Source of the DNA: Anaerolineae bacterium
GTDB taxonomy: Bacteria > Chloroflexota > Anaerolineae > Anaerolineales > Villigracilaceae
Assembly (NCBI GenBank): GCA_037440905.1
Contig: JBBITE010000011.1
Span: 10,037-74,036 of the forward strand
Direction: 5' to 3'
Length of the DNA: 64,000 bases
Shown here piece by piece: positions 9,408 through 18,928 of this stretch. Below the pieces are notes generated by a model, which searched no databases, was not told where the DNA came from, and saw nothing but the letters and a program-made list of their open reading frames with translations. How positions within the stretch are numbered: the first letter of the stretch is position 1; each line of letters opens with the position of its first letter. Both the position numbers and the translations under genes were made by a program.

Positions 9408-11072
9408 ATGACTATGAACGACCCCCAATCTGTCAACATGGGAAGCCGTCTGACCCCAAAACTGCGCATGGTGGATTTCCCCAATGCCGATACCATCGTC
9501 CGCAATGGATTGCTCGCCGCGCCGCGCTCGGAAGAAGCAGTGGATATCATGCTCGTCAACCCTCCCACCCCCGATGGCGGGCTGTGGATTCGCACCCAAC
9601 ACCGCGTCGGGCGGCGCACGCGCGAAAACATGGTTTGGCCCCAGGTCTCACTGGCGCAAATGGCGGCGTTGCTCCACCCCGTGTACAAAGTCAAAGTGGT
9701 GGATTGCAACGCCGAACGCATGGGCTGGCCCGAATTCACCCAACTGTTGGATAAATACCAGCCCAAATACTACCTCACCCAACTGACCGCTCCCACCCTC
9801 GAAAACGACATGTACGGGTGTTTCCTGGCACACGCCCGCGGCGCGAAGACCATCGCCTTTGGCACGCACATCACCCCCATCCCTGTCGAGACCATGCGCC
9901 CCTACCCCAGCCTCGACTTTGGCCTGGTCGGTGAACCGGACCTGACCATCCGCGACCTGCTCGACCACCTCGAAGGCAAATTCGACCAGCGTTCTCCGCA
10001 CATTCAGAAGATGTTCGAAAAGCAGGACCCCTCCTACAAGCCCTCTCTCAACCCGGATGGGTCGGTCAACATGCACGGCATCAAAGGCATTGCCTGGCGC
10101 AAGGGCGATCAAATCATCCTCAATCCCCCGCGTCCCTTTGTCGCTGATTTGGACGATATGCCCATCCCCATGCACGAACTGCTGCCGCTGCAGAAATACC
10201 GCATGCCCTACATCAAGGGTCCCTTCACCTTTATCGTCACCAGCCGCGGCTGCCCGGCGGGATGCACCTACTGCATTAAACACGTCAGTTACCAGTATTC
10301 CACCCGCATCCGCTCGCCCAAACTCATCATGGAAGAGTTGTGGCGGTTGAAAAAACTCGGCATCAACAACATCCACATGTACGCCGACTTGTTCACCGTC
10401 AACCGCGACCAGGTCGTCGAACTGTGCAAACTCATGATTGAGCAAAACATCAAAATCAAGTGGACCTGCAACAGCCGCGTGGACTTCGTGGACGAAGAAA
10501 TGCTCACCCTCATGGGCAAAGCCGGCTGCCGCCTGATTTCCTGGGGCATCGAAAGCGGCAACGAACAAATCCTCAAACATGCCCGCAAAGGCGCCTACCC
10601 CGATAAAGCCGAGCGCGCCCTGCGCTGGGCAAAGAAAGCCGGCATCATGAACTGGGGCTACTTTATCATCGGCTTGCCCGGCGAGACGGAAGAAACCATC
10701 CGTCAGACGATTGACTTTGCCAAGAAACTGCCGCTCGATATTGCGCTCTTCCATGTCGCCGCGCCCTACCCCGGCACGCCCTTCTTCTTCGAAGTGGTCG
10801 AAAACAAATGGTTCCGCCCTGGCACCCGCTGGGAACAGGTGGACATGGACAAAGGCACCGTGTTGGATTACCCCAACCTGCCCGCCGAAAAACTGCTCTA
10901 CTGGCAAAAACGCGCCTTCCGCGAATGGGCGTTCCGCCCCGGGCCCATGCTGACCTACCTCAAAATGTTGACCTACGACTGGGCGACAACGAAAACCGCC
11001 ATCAACGTCGGCTTGCAGCACCTGTTCTGGGCGACCTCCGATTCCGGCGCGCCGGTGGGCGGAGCCAGTTAA
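9408..11072 (+). CDS. cobalamin-binding radical SAM protein (HpnJ-like/class B)
   Basis: LVNPP N-terminus, B12-binding domain (FGTHIT), SRGCPAGCTYC (CxxxCxxC), WGIESG, FIIGLPGET, AAPYPGT; AAGGAG RBS before ATG 9408. Confidence 0.88.
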   Translation: MTMNDPQSVNMGSRLTPKLRMVDFPNADTIVRNGLLAAPRSEEAVDIMLVNPPTPDGGLWIRTQHRVGRRTRENMVWPQVSLAQMAALLHPVYKVKVVDCNAERMGWPEFTQLLDKYQPKYYLTQLTAPTLENDMYGCFLAHARGAKTIAFGTHITPIPVETMRPYPSLDFGLVGEPDLTIRDLLDHLEGKFDQRSPHIQKMFEKQDPSYKPSLNPDGSVNMHGIKGIAWRKGDQIILNPPRPFVADLDDMPIPMHELLPLQKYRMPYIKGPFTFIVTSRGCPAGCTYCIKHVSYQYSTRIRSPKLIMEELWRLKKLGINNIHMYADLFTVNRDQVVELCKLMIEQNIKIKWTCNSRVDFVDEEMLTLMGKAGCRLISWGIESGNEQILKHARKGAYPDKAERALRWAKKAGIMNWGYFIIGLPGETEETIRQTIDFAKKLPLDIALFHVAAPYPGTPFFFEVVENKWFRPGTRWEQVDMDKGTVLDYPNLPAEKLLYWQKRAFREWAFRPGPMLTYLKMLTYDWATTKTAINVGLQHLFWATSDSGAPVGGAS

Positions 11073-11147
11073 TCGGCGCTTGATCATGGCCTGACGCTGC
11101 CCATCCGGGCGGCGCACCATGTTGTCATCGTACAGGAGAAACACTCC

Positions 11148-12947
11148 TTGCGGAATTTCCTCCAAGATCATCGCTTCGCCCTCCTGGAACTGATACTTGT
11201 GTTGCTCTGTGGAGCGGTCTGGGTGATCGAACCAGCCTGGGGACTCTGGTTCATCCCGGCCGCTCTACTTCCATTCGCGTTACGCCTTCTCTTTTCCGGT
11301 GTCTCATTCGATGGGCGCGATGGACTCGTCCTGCTCTTTGGCGTCACTGCCTGGGTGGGGTATTGGGCGGCGTATGATCAGGCGGTTGCCTGGAACAAAG
11401 TCTGGCTGTTGATGACCGCCATCCTGCTTTATGTTGCGCTCAAGGCACAGCCGCAGGAAAACCTGCCTCACCTCTCCTTCCTTTTGTTTGGCATTGGCGT
11501 TGGCGTTGCACTGTACTTTTTTCTCACTCACGATTTTCTGGCGTTGCCGCGCAAACTTGAAATCGTCAACCGCCTGGGACGCTGGCTCATGAGCCTCCAC
11601 CCGCCAACCGGCTGGACGCCCATTCATCCCAATTATGTCGCGGGAATGATTGCCATCACTGTTCCTTTTGTGGCTTTCCCTCTTCAATCGCTGCTGCGCA
11701 AGCATACGTCAGCCGCGCGCATAAGCATTGTGCTTATCATGGCCGGGCTGGCGCTTTCGGCGCTGGCGCTGCTCATGGCAACCTCGCGCGGAGTGATCCT
11801 AGCCGTGCTGAGCGGGGCAGGGGGCTGCCTGTTGTGGTGGTTGATTCATTCGGGCAGAATCAAGCGTCAGATTAAGAGTGAAGCGGTTTTTCCCGTCCTG
11901 TTGTTGATGTATCTGGGTGTGGTCATCGCGTTTTTGTGGATCGGTCCTGCACGGTCGGGCAGTCTTTTTAGCGGCCATTATTATTATGGCAACAGCAGCC
12001 GCAGCGAATTGTTTGCCAGAAGCCTGTATCTGCTGCAGGATTATTTGTTTACTGGCGGCGGGCTGGGCGCGTTCCCCGGCTTGTATTCGCAATATCTGCT
12101 CGATATTCCCTTTTACAACGTGCCAAACAGCCACAACCTGTTTTTGGATGTTGGCATCGAACAGGGGTTGGCGGGCGGGCTCGCTTTTTTGAGTTTGTAT
12201 CTTTTGAGCATTTGGACGCTGGCAAAGGCGCTCGCCAGGCGCGGCGCGGCGCAGACCTTTACACTGCTGGTGTTGTTCGCGCTGATGGTTGCCTGCATTC
12301 ACGGCATGGTGGATGATTATTTGTATAATGGAGACGGTAGCGTATTCTCTCTGTTGCTGATAGGGCTGGCGGAAAATCTCCGCCGCCGCGAGGAACCGCC
12401 CGTTGTGCGCCGCAGCGAACCCCGCCGGGTGGCTGCCATTGTCCTCCTGTGGCTGGTGATTGCCCTGGCAAACGGCAGGCAGATTGCGGCAGCATGGCAG
12501 GCGAACCTCGGCGCGGTTCAACTGGCAAAAGTGGAATTGGCGGACTTTCCCGAAAGCGGCTGGGCAGGAGAGGCGATTGTCCTCCGCCTGAACGCGGCAG
12601 ACGCTTCGCTTCGTACCGCCCTGCGGCTTGACCCTGCCAATCGGACGGCGAATCACCGCCTGGGCTTGATCTCCCTCTACCGCAGAGATTTTGGCTCCGC
12701 CGCCCGTTTTCTCGAGACTGCCCTTGTCCGCGCCCCCTCACACCGTGGCATTGTCAAAGCGCTTGCATATTGCTATGTTTGGCTGGGTGAAATGGAACGA
12801 GCGCAGAGTCTCTTGCAGCACATCCCCGAAGCGGCAGAAGAACTGGATGTGTATATCTGGTGGTGGACGACGCAAAACCGCAGCGATTTATCTGCCAATG
12901 CTAGGCTGGCGCTCGAGGGGCTGCAAGCCGCCCCGCTTCACCCTTGA
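11148..12947 (+). CDS. O-antigen ligase/Wzy_C-family membrane protein with C-terminal TPR-like helices
   Basis: About 12 TMs, TSRG motif, SHNLFLDVGIEQG Wzy_C motif, C-terminal 'ALRLDPANRTANHRLG' TPR-like segment. Confidence 0.85.
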   Translation: MRNFLQDHRFALLELILVLLCGAVWVIEPAWGLWFIPAALLPFALRLLFSGVSFDGRDGLVLLFGVTAWVGYWAAYDQAVAWNKVWLLMTAILLYVALKAQPQENLPHLSFLLFGIGVGVALYFFLTHDFLALPRKLEIVNRLGRWLMSLHPPTGWTPIHPNYVAGMIAITVPFVAFPLQSLLRKHTSAARISIVLIMAGLALSALALLMATSRGVILAVLSGAGGCLLWWLIHSGRIKRQIKSEAVFPVLLLMYLGVVIAFLWIGPARSGSLFSGHYYYGNSSRSELFARSLYLLQDYLFTGGGLGAFPGLYSQYLLDIPFYNVPNSHNLFLDVGIEQGLAGGLAFLSLYLLSIWTLAKALARRGAAQTFTLLVLFALMVACIHGMVDDYLYNGDGSVFSLLLIGLAENLRRREEPPVVRRSEPRRVAAIVLLWLVIALANGRQIAAAWQANLGAVQLAKVELADFPESGWAGEAIVLRLNAADASLRTALRLDPANRTANHRLGLISLYRRDFGSAARFLETALVRAPSHRGIVKALAYCYVWLGEMERAQSLLQHIPEAAEELDVYIWWWTTQNRSDLSANARLALEGLQAAPLHP

Positions 12948-12962
12948 ACAGACGAAGGAACC

Positions 12963-15611
12963 ATGAAACGACATCGCCTGATAACGATCTTATTGACCCT
13001 GCTGTTAACAGCCGCCCTTTTCCTTGCCTCGGCTCCGATTAGCCGCGCCCAAACGGGACTCGATTGGTCTCAACCAGCCAACCTTTCCTTCTCCGGCGCA
13101 GCAACTAACCCGGTGGTGACGGTGGACGACCGCGGCTTTATTCACGTCATCTGGCTGGATGCAGTGGATGGCTATAAATATGCCGAAAGCCGCGATGGCA
13201 AAACCTGGTCGCCGGCGCAGACGGTGAAGTTCCCATTCGGACCGAAAGACCCGCCGCCAATTTTGATCCCCGGCCGCGGCGGCGTCATCCATGTCTTCTG
13301 GGTTACAGGCAGCGAGCAGCGCTTGTTTTACGGGCAAGCCACAGCCGGAGATTTTCCTTACCCGCAAAATTGGATTCTGGTCAGCCGCATTCAAAACTCC
13401 GTTGCAAGTTTCGATGCGATGGTGGATGCGCAGGGCGTACTGCATGTCGCTTTTATTCAAAGCAGCCTGGTGGACGATAAGCCGGCAGGGGTGTATTACA
13501 CCCAGTCTCCTTCGGGCGGCGGCTTTTGGGTGGAGCCGCGCCTGTTGTACGCCTCCGAATACTTCCGTTCCGCCCTTCAGAGCGATTTGTACGTCCGCCT
13601 CAGCACCTCGAACACCTCCAGCGGTCAGCGCGTCTATGTGACCTGGGATAACCGCGCTCAGAAACGTGTTTTCCTTGCTATCTCTCAAAACAATGGCGCC
13701 ACCTGGGGCGAGGCAAAGTCCATGAAGGGACCCGAAGATACCGGCGGCTTCGAAACGCCCTTCAATCTCACAGTCTCCGCCTTTGGCAGAAACGTATTGT
13801 TGATCTGGCAGGTGGGCGAACCGGGCTCATCCAAATGCACCGTGTACAGCCAATGGTCCCAGGATAGCGGGCAGACGTGGGATGACCCCGTCGCCGTCCT
13901 GGGCGGGCGCACCGAATGCCCCGTCAGCACCAAAATCGTCGAGAGAAACGCCAAATTCACAACTGTCATTTTCGTCGGTCAGGTCAGCCCCTTCATGGTG
14001 GCCTGGGATGGTTCGCAGTGGAGCGACATTCAAACCCAAACTCAACTGCCCTCCATCGTCAACCCCCTCACCTTCGATGCTATTCTGCTCGGCTGCCGCT
14101 TCGACCTCGTGTACAAAAACCGCTTGTATGTCACCGGCTGCGATCAGGGGCGCGGCGGAGATGTGTGGTTCCTCTCCCGCGAGTTAACGCCCGTCGAAGA
14201 CTGGTTTGCCCCCTCTGTCGTTTGGGATGAACCGACCGTCTTCTCCATCCGTTCCGAAAACCCCGAACGCATCTCTCACTTCACCACCTCCCACGACGAC
14301 GCGGGAACGATTCACGCCGTCTGGCTTCAATCGCCCTTGCAGGGAGGCGGCGCTTCCATCGAATATGCCCGCTGGAATGGCGAAGAATGGGCGCCTGCTG
14401 AAGCCATCATCCCCTCGGTGGATGGCGTCCCGACCCGCCTGCTGGTCACCGCCGACCCTCTCAAGCGCCTGCTCCTCAATTGGGTGGACGGCTACAACGG
14501 CGACATCGTCTTCAGTTGGGCAAACATCGAGAAAGCCAACCTCTCTTCCGAGTGGGTGGACATCATCGGCTTGCCTACCCCCTCCCGCCTGGTGGATGAC
14601 GTGGATGTAGCCGTGGATGGTTCCGGCCGCATTGTGGCTGCCTACGTTGTGCCGGTCAACGAAGAGCGCGGCGTTTACATCGTGCAATCCACCGACAATG
14701 GACGAACCTGGAGCGCGCCTCTGTGCGCCTTCGATGCCGTTGCCGCCGGCTGGGAACGTGTGAAAAACGCCCGCCTTGCCCTGAGCGGCGATGGCGTGTT
14801 GCATCTCATCTTCATCAAGGACGCCGTCCGTGTGGGGCAGCCGGTTGGGTTGTATTATGCCCGTTCGGTGGACGGCGGACAAACCTGGAGCGACCCGCAA
14901 ATTTTCAGCGAAGGACAAATCCAATGGGCGGATATCGTCACCTACGACAAAGCCGCCGTTCATATCGTCTGGCAGGAATATGACGGACTCATCTTTGCCA
15001 ACGTCTCACAACTCTCCCAGGATGGCGGGATTAATTGGAGCAAACAGCATAACGTCACCGGCGTGAATGAAGAACAAACCCCCGTCTCGCTTGCCTTCAC
15101 CAGCGGCGGTTTGCTGCATTTCATTCAACTGGCGGGGAAACCCAACAACGACGCCTACAACCAAAAAGGCCTCGTCCTTCAGGATTGGAAGTGGGATGGA
15201 ACCTCCTGGCAGCTCGACCTCACCAAAGACCTGCTCCTCAAAGGGACCGAAATTCAATACAGCCTTTCCGCCGACCTGACCTCCACCGGCTACCTCGGTG
15301 TATTTATCCCGGTCGAATACATTGACCTGGACGGAAAATTCAAAAGCGAAATCCTCACCTTTACCCGCTTCATCGAAGACGCTGAAACGGCTGCCTTCAC
15401 CCAAGCCCCGGTTCTCCCTGCTCTCCCCACCGCCAGCGGAGATGCGCCCGTTTCCATCATCGAATCTACCCCCACGCCCGATTTCTCCGTCCTTTATGAC
15501 GACAACATCTCCACCTCCCCGCTTCAGCAAAACCTGGTGGGGTTGATCTTGCTGGGCATTGGGGTGGTGGTCACCTTCCTCCTTCTCGTATGGCGCCGAC
15601 CCGCAAAGTGA
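12963..15611 (+). CDS. secreted, C-terminally anchored Asp-box (BNR) beta-propeller protein
   Basis: Signal peptide; six Asp-box-like motifs (SRDGKTW, SQNNGATW, SQDSGQTW, STDNGRTW, SVDGGQTW, SQDGGINW); Pro/Thr-rich linker; TM plus WRRPAK tail. Confidence 0.85.
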   Translation: MKRHRLITILLTLLLTAALFLASAPISRAQTGLDWSQPANLSFSGAATNPVVTVDDRGFIHVIWLDAVDGYKYAESRDGKTWSPAQTVKFPFGPKDPPPILIPGRGGVIHVFWVTGSEQRLFYGQATAGDFPYPQNWILVSRIQNSVASFDAMVDAQGVLHVAFIQSSLVDDKPAGVYYTQSPSGGGFWVEPRLLYASEYFRSALQSDLYVRLSTSNTSSGQRVYVTWDNRAQKRVFLAISQNNGATWGEAKSMKGPEDTGGFETPFNLTVSAFGRNVLLIWQVGEPGSSKCTVYSQWSQDSGQTWDDPVAVLGGRTECPVSTKIVERNAKFTTVIFVGQVSPFMVAWDGSQWSDIQTQTQLPSIVNPLTFDAILLGCRFDLVYKNRLYVTGCDQGRGGDVWFLSRELTPVEDWFAPSVVWDEPTVFSIRSENPERISHFTTSHDDAGTIHAVWLQSPLQGGGASIEYARWNGEEWAPAEAIIPSVDGVPTRLLVTADPLKRLLLNWVDGYNGDIVFSWANIEKANLSSEWVDIIGLPTPSRLVDDVDVAVDGSGRIVAAYVVPVNEERGVYIVQSTDNGRTWSAPLCAFDAVAAGWERVKNARLALSGDGVLHLIFIKDAVRVGQPVGLYYARSVDGGQTWSDPQIFSEGQIQWADIVTYDKAAVHIVWQEYDGLIFANVSQLSQDGGINWSKQHNVTGVNEEQTPVSLAFTSGGLLHFIQLAGKPNNDAYNQKGLVLQDWKWDGTSWQLDLTKDLLLKGTEIQYSLSADLTSTGYLGVFIPVEYIDLDGKFKSEILTFTRFIEDAETAAFTQAPVLPALPTASGDAPVSIIESTPTPDFSVLYDDNISTSPLQQNLVGLILLGIGVVVTFLLLVWRRPAK

Positions 15612-17146
15612 TGAAAACCGTCCCCCGGCTGTTTCTGATCATAGTCACTGCCTGCCTGCTGCTCTCGGCTGGCTTGACATTTCAGCCTGCCGCTGCCAGC
15701 CCCGCTTACACCTGGTCCCCGGATGAAAAAGTGCCCGGCTACCTCGATGATACCTATCCTCCCTTCCTCATCGCTGACCGCAATCGCACGGTGCACGCCT
15801 TCACCAGCCAGTGGGTCTATGCCGACGGGCGAAAACTTGCCATCGTGTACCGCCAGTGGACTCTCAACGGCGGCTGGACGCGCCCGGTAGACATCATCCT
15901 TTCCCCCATCGGTGGAAACGCCAATTTCATGGGCGCCTTCCTGGATGCCTCCGATACCTTCCATGTTGTCTTCACCGCCACCGAAAACATCTCCCGCCGC
16001 ACCTTTGTCTTTTACTCGCATGCCCCCGCCTCCCTCGCCGACCTGGCGGCTGCCTGGTCGCCGCCGGTCCTGGTGGGCGATGGCGCGCTTGGGCTGAACT
16101 CCGGCGCCATCGCCGGAGATGAGCAGGGCTACCTTGTCGTTATCTACAGTGGCAACCGCGATGGCAGCGGTGTCTATTATGTTCACTCCAAGAATGGCGG
16201 CAAAGAATGGAGCGATCCCGCGCCTCTTTTCCTGACCTTCAACGCCGACCTGAGCGCCTTCAGCGTGCGTCTCACCCCCGGCGCCGGGCAAACGCTGCGG
16301 GCAGCCTGGAATGTGGTCACAAACCTCGGCGTGGACGAATCCCTCTATTTCGCCAGTTTCGACACGCAGACCTCTGTCTGGAGTACTCCCGTCGAACTGG
16401 ACGAACGCATTAACCTGCCGGATTACTTCGGTCCATCCTTCCCGGTCATCACCGATAATGGACGCGAAATCGTGGTTTTCTACAATGGCGGCAATCCCGT
16501 CCCTGGCCGCCCCGTCGCCGCTGGCCGTCCCATTCAGCGCGCCAGAGTGTCCCTCGATGGCGGCATCAACTGGAGCGAACCGCTCGACCCCTTCCCCTTC
16601 CATGTAGGGCGCAGCGGTGAACACGCCATGGTTCTGGATGGCAGCGGTGTTCCTCACGTCCTGTTCGTCCAACGTATCGAAAGTCTCGACGAAAGAGGCA
16701 ACTACTCCATCGTCGGCGGTATTTGGCACAGCGTCTTTCAAAACAACGTCTGGAGCAACCCCGACCGCTTCGTCACCACCCTCTCCCCGCACGATGTCCA
16801 TGCGGTGGTTGTGCAGGGCAACATCCTGCTGGCGGTCTGGCGGCAAGATCCGGGCGAAGGCGTCAGCGGAATCTGGTACTCCTACAACGTCCTCGACCTT
16901 CCCGAACTTCCCGTCACCCCTCTTGCCCCTGCTACGCTCCAGGTTTCCATCCAAGAAACTCCCACTTCGCCGCCGTCCACTGTTGCTTCCACCCCTACTC
17001 CCCTTCCCCCTTTTCTGGAAGATGCGCCTCCTTCAGACCTCGGCAGCAACCCTGCCCTTCCCATCATCATCGCCCTCGCGCCGGTGATGTTGATTCTCAT
17101 CGGCGTCATTGTTGGGTATCGTTTCCTCAACAGCCGCCGCGAATAG
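15611..17146 (+). CDS. secreted, C-terminally anchored Asp-box beta-propeller protein (paralog)
   Basis: ATG overlaps previous TGA; signal peptide; SKNGGKEW, SLDGGINW; ETPTSPPSTVASTPTP linker; TM plus NSRRE tail. Confidence 0.85.
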   Translation: MKTVPRLFLIIVTACLLLSAGLTFQPAAASPAYTWSPDEKVPGYLDDTYPPFLIADRNRTVHAFTSQWVYADGRKLAIVYRQWTLNGGWTRPVDIILSPIGGNANFMGAFLDASDTFHVVFTATENISRRTFVFYSHAPASLADLAAAWSPPVLVGDGALGLNSGAIAGDEQGYLVVIYSGNRDGSGVYYVHSKNGGKEWSDPAPLFLTFNADLSAFSVRLTPGAGQTLRAAWNVVTNLGVDESLYFASFDTQTSVWSTPVELDERINLPDYFGPSFPVITDNGREIVVFYNGGNPVPGRPVAAGRPIQRARVSLDGGINWSEPLDPFPFHVGRSGEHAMVLDGSGVPHVLFVQRIESLDERGNYSIVGGIWHSVFQNNVWSNPDRFVTTLSPHDVHAVVVQGNILLAVWRQDPGEGVSGIWYSYNVLDLPELPVTPLAPATLQVSIQETPTSPPSTVASTPTPLPPFLEDAPPSDLGSNPALPIIIALAPVMLILIGVIVGYRFLNSRRE

Positions 17147-17154
17147 GAAACCTG

Positions 17155-18915
17155 ATGGATTCGATTATCGGCTTTACCCTCCACAGCCCGCTGGAAGAAA
17201 CCTCTGCCAGACGTTTGTTTGCTGCGCAGGAGCAGGCGCTTTCCCATTTTCCGCACCTGGAACGGAAAACCATCTCACTGGGCTTTTCCAGCCTTCATCT
17301 GTGGGGGCGAAGCGGCATGGAAAAGCGGCTTCACACGCTGCCGGATGGTTCGCTGGCGGCGCTCATCGGTTCGCCGCACGCGGCAGAGATCAACCTGGCA
17401 GACGTGCAGGATGCCTTGCTTGCCGATACCTTCGAAATTCCCTGGGATGGGCGTGTCATCCTGCTGCACATCAGCGCCGACGGCAAACGCTGGCGGATGT
17501 GGAACGACTGGCTGGGGAGCATCCCGGTCTTCCATGCCGAAGCGGGGGGCGGACGCATCGCTTCGACACTCGAGCCTGTGGTGGTCGCCTCCGCTGGCTA
17601 CACCCCCGACGACTTTTTCCTGCCGGGGCTGGTCTCGCTGCTGATCAATGGGCATTTCATTTCGGATTGGACACTGTACAAAGGCATGAAGGTCATTCCG
17701 CCTGACAGCCGCATCGAGTGGGACGAAAAAGGCTTCCGCGCGGAAACGCTTTGGTCTGTGGAGCCAAGCCAGAGCCGTTGGGAAGCGGGCTGGGATGATC
17801 TGGTGGATGAGATGTACGAACTATCGCGCAAAGCGATTGCCGATGTGCTGAAGACTCATCCCACCTGGATCTTGCCGTTATCTTCCGGTATGGATTCCCG
17901 CCTGATTGCCGGCGTCGCTGCAGAGGTAGGGGCAGAAGCCTATGCCTATACCTGGGGCGCGCACAACACCACCGATGCCGTCTATTCGCAAAAAATCGCC
18001 CGCGCGCTTGGCATCCCCTGGAAACGCATTGACCTGCCCCGCGATTTTATGGTGACCTACACTCCCACATGGGCAGATTTGTTCGGCAGTTCCATGCACT
18101 TTCATGGCATGTACCAGATGGCATTTCTTGATCAAATCCAATCCGAAAGACCTGCCCCGATTATTTCCGGTTTTCTTGGCGATGTTTTGGCTGGCGATGC
18201 GGTCAAGGATTTTCATATCGTGCATAAAGATCGAAGAAGTTATCAACTTGAAAGCGATTGGTACTCTCATTGGACGGTGGATGAGGTGCGAACACGCATC
18301 CCAATCCCTATTGCCGATGCGTTGGAAACCAACGCCGAGGAATATCAACGGCAGATTGCTTCACTGCCGGGCGCGTTTTTTCAGAAAACCCAATTTCTCG
18401 AACTTCACAACCGCCAGCGCGGTTTTACCAGTTTCCATTCCATCCTTGCGGATTACTGGCGCGGCGTGGCTGTACCTTTTCTCAACCGCGCCTATGCCCG
18501 TTTTTGCCTCTCCCTTCCGCGCCTGGCGCTCGATGACCGCAGGCTGCTTGCGGAGGTCTTTCGCCGTTATTACGGCAAACTGGCGGTCATCCCCGGCACC
18601 TACGCGCCCGACCCTCTCATCATCAGCGGTAAATACCTCCTTCTGCGCCGACTGGCAGCCATGCTGGTCCCGGCCTTGCATCTCGGACCGCTCCAAGGCT
18701 TTGGCAACGTACAACTCCGCATGGATATTGAATCGGTGCAGCACAGCGGACGCAAGGCGCTCTGGCCACTCTTTGATGTCTGCCAGCGTCTCTCTGAATG
18801 GCTGGATTTCAGCCAACTGGAACGCGACTTTCAGACCGTGATGATCTCAAAGGAAGATATTCGTCCATTGCGGCGGCTGCAATCGGCGCAAACCCTGGCT
18901 TACCGCCTGCTCTAG
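17155..18915 (+). CDS. asparagine-synthase-related ATP-dependent amide ligase 1
   Basis: Ntn-like N-terminal domain (NDWLGSIPVFH) and PP-loop LPLSSGMDSR; N-terminal catalytic Cys absent (MDSIIGF). Confidence 0.8.
   Translation: MDSIIGFTLHSPLEETSARRLFAAQEQALSHFPHLERKTISLGFSSLHLWGRSGMEKRLHTLPDGSLAALIGSPHAAEINLADVQDALLADTFEIPWDGRVILLHISADGKRWRMWNDWLGSIPVFHAEAGGGRIASTLEPVVVASAGYTPDDFFLPGLVSLLINGHFISDWTLYKGMKVIPPDSRIEWDEKGFRAETLWSVEPSQSRWEAGWDDLVDEMYELSRKAIADVLKTHPTWILPLSSGMDSRLIAGVAAEVGAEAYAYTWGAHNTTDAVYSQKIARALGIPWKRIDLPRDFMVTYTPTWADLFGSSMHFHGMYQMAFLDQIQSERPAPIISGFLGDVLAGDAVKDFHIVHKDRRSYQLESDWYSHWTVDEVRTRIPIPIADALETNAEEYQRQIASLPGAFFQKTQFLELHNRQRGFTSFHSILADYWRGVAVPFLNRAYARFCLSLPRLALDDRRLLAEVFRRYYGKLAVIPGTYAPDPLIISGKYLLLRRLAAMLVPALHLGPLQGFGNVQLRMDIESVQHSGRKALWPLFDVCQRLSEWLDFSQLERDFQTVMISKEDIRPLRRLQSAQTLAYRLL
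17311..17567 (+). repeat. 257-bp block identical to 19085-19341 (copy 1)
   Basis: Read base by base: AGCGGCATGG...ATCGCTTCGAC identical in both paralogs at offset 1774. Confidence 0.9.
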
Positions 18916-18928
18916 TGGGAGGAAACCC

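Noticed and set aside
9408-11072. Hopanoid biosynthesis cluster (HpnJ/HpnE-like genes)
   Set aside because: No squalene synthase or cyclase in the window; the context is entirely glycan-related, so only family resemblance is kept.
9648-11171. Long antisense ORFs (507 aa here; also 15524-16954, 26666-28015, 37404-39215, 42984-44303, 50234-51637)
   Set aside because: Shadow frames of well-supported plus-strand genes in GC-rich DNA; no motifs or RBS.
12963-17146. Calling the propeller proteins sialidases
   Set aside because: Asp-boxes are non-specific, no RIP motif is seen, and there are no sialic-acid genes in the window.
16723-17154. Upstream extensions of ORFs in the track (16723, 7258, 20557, 28015, 51385, 60568)
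   Set aside because: They overlap the preceding gene or lack an RBS; downstream coupled starts fit domain and signal boundaries better.
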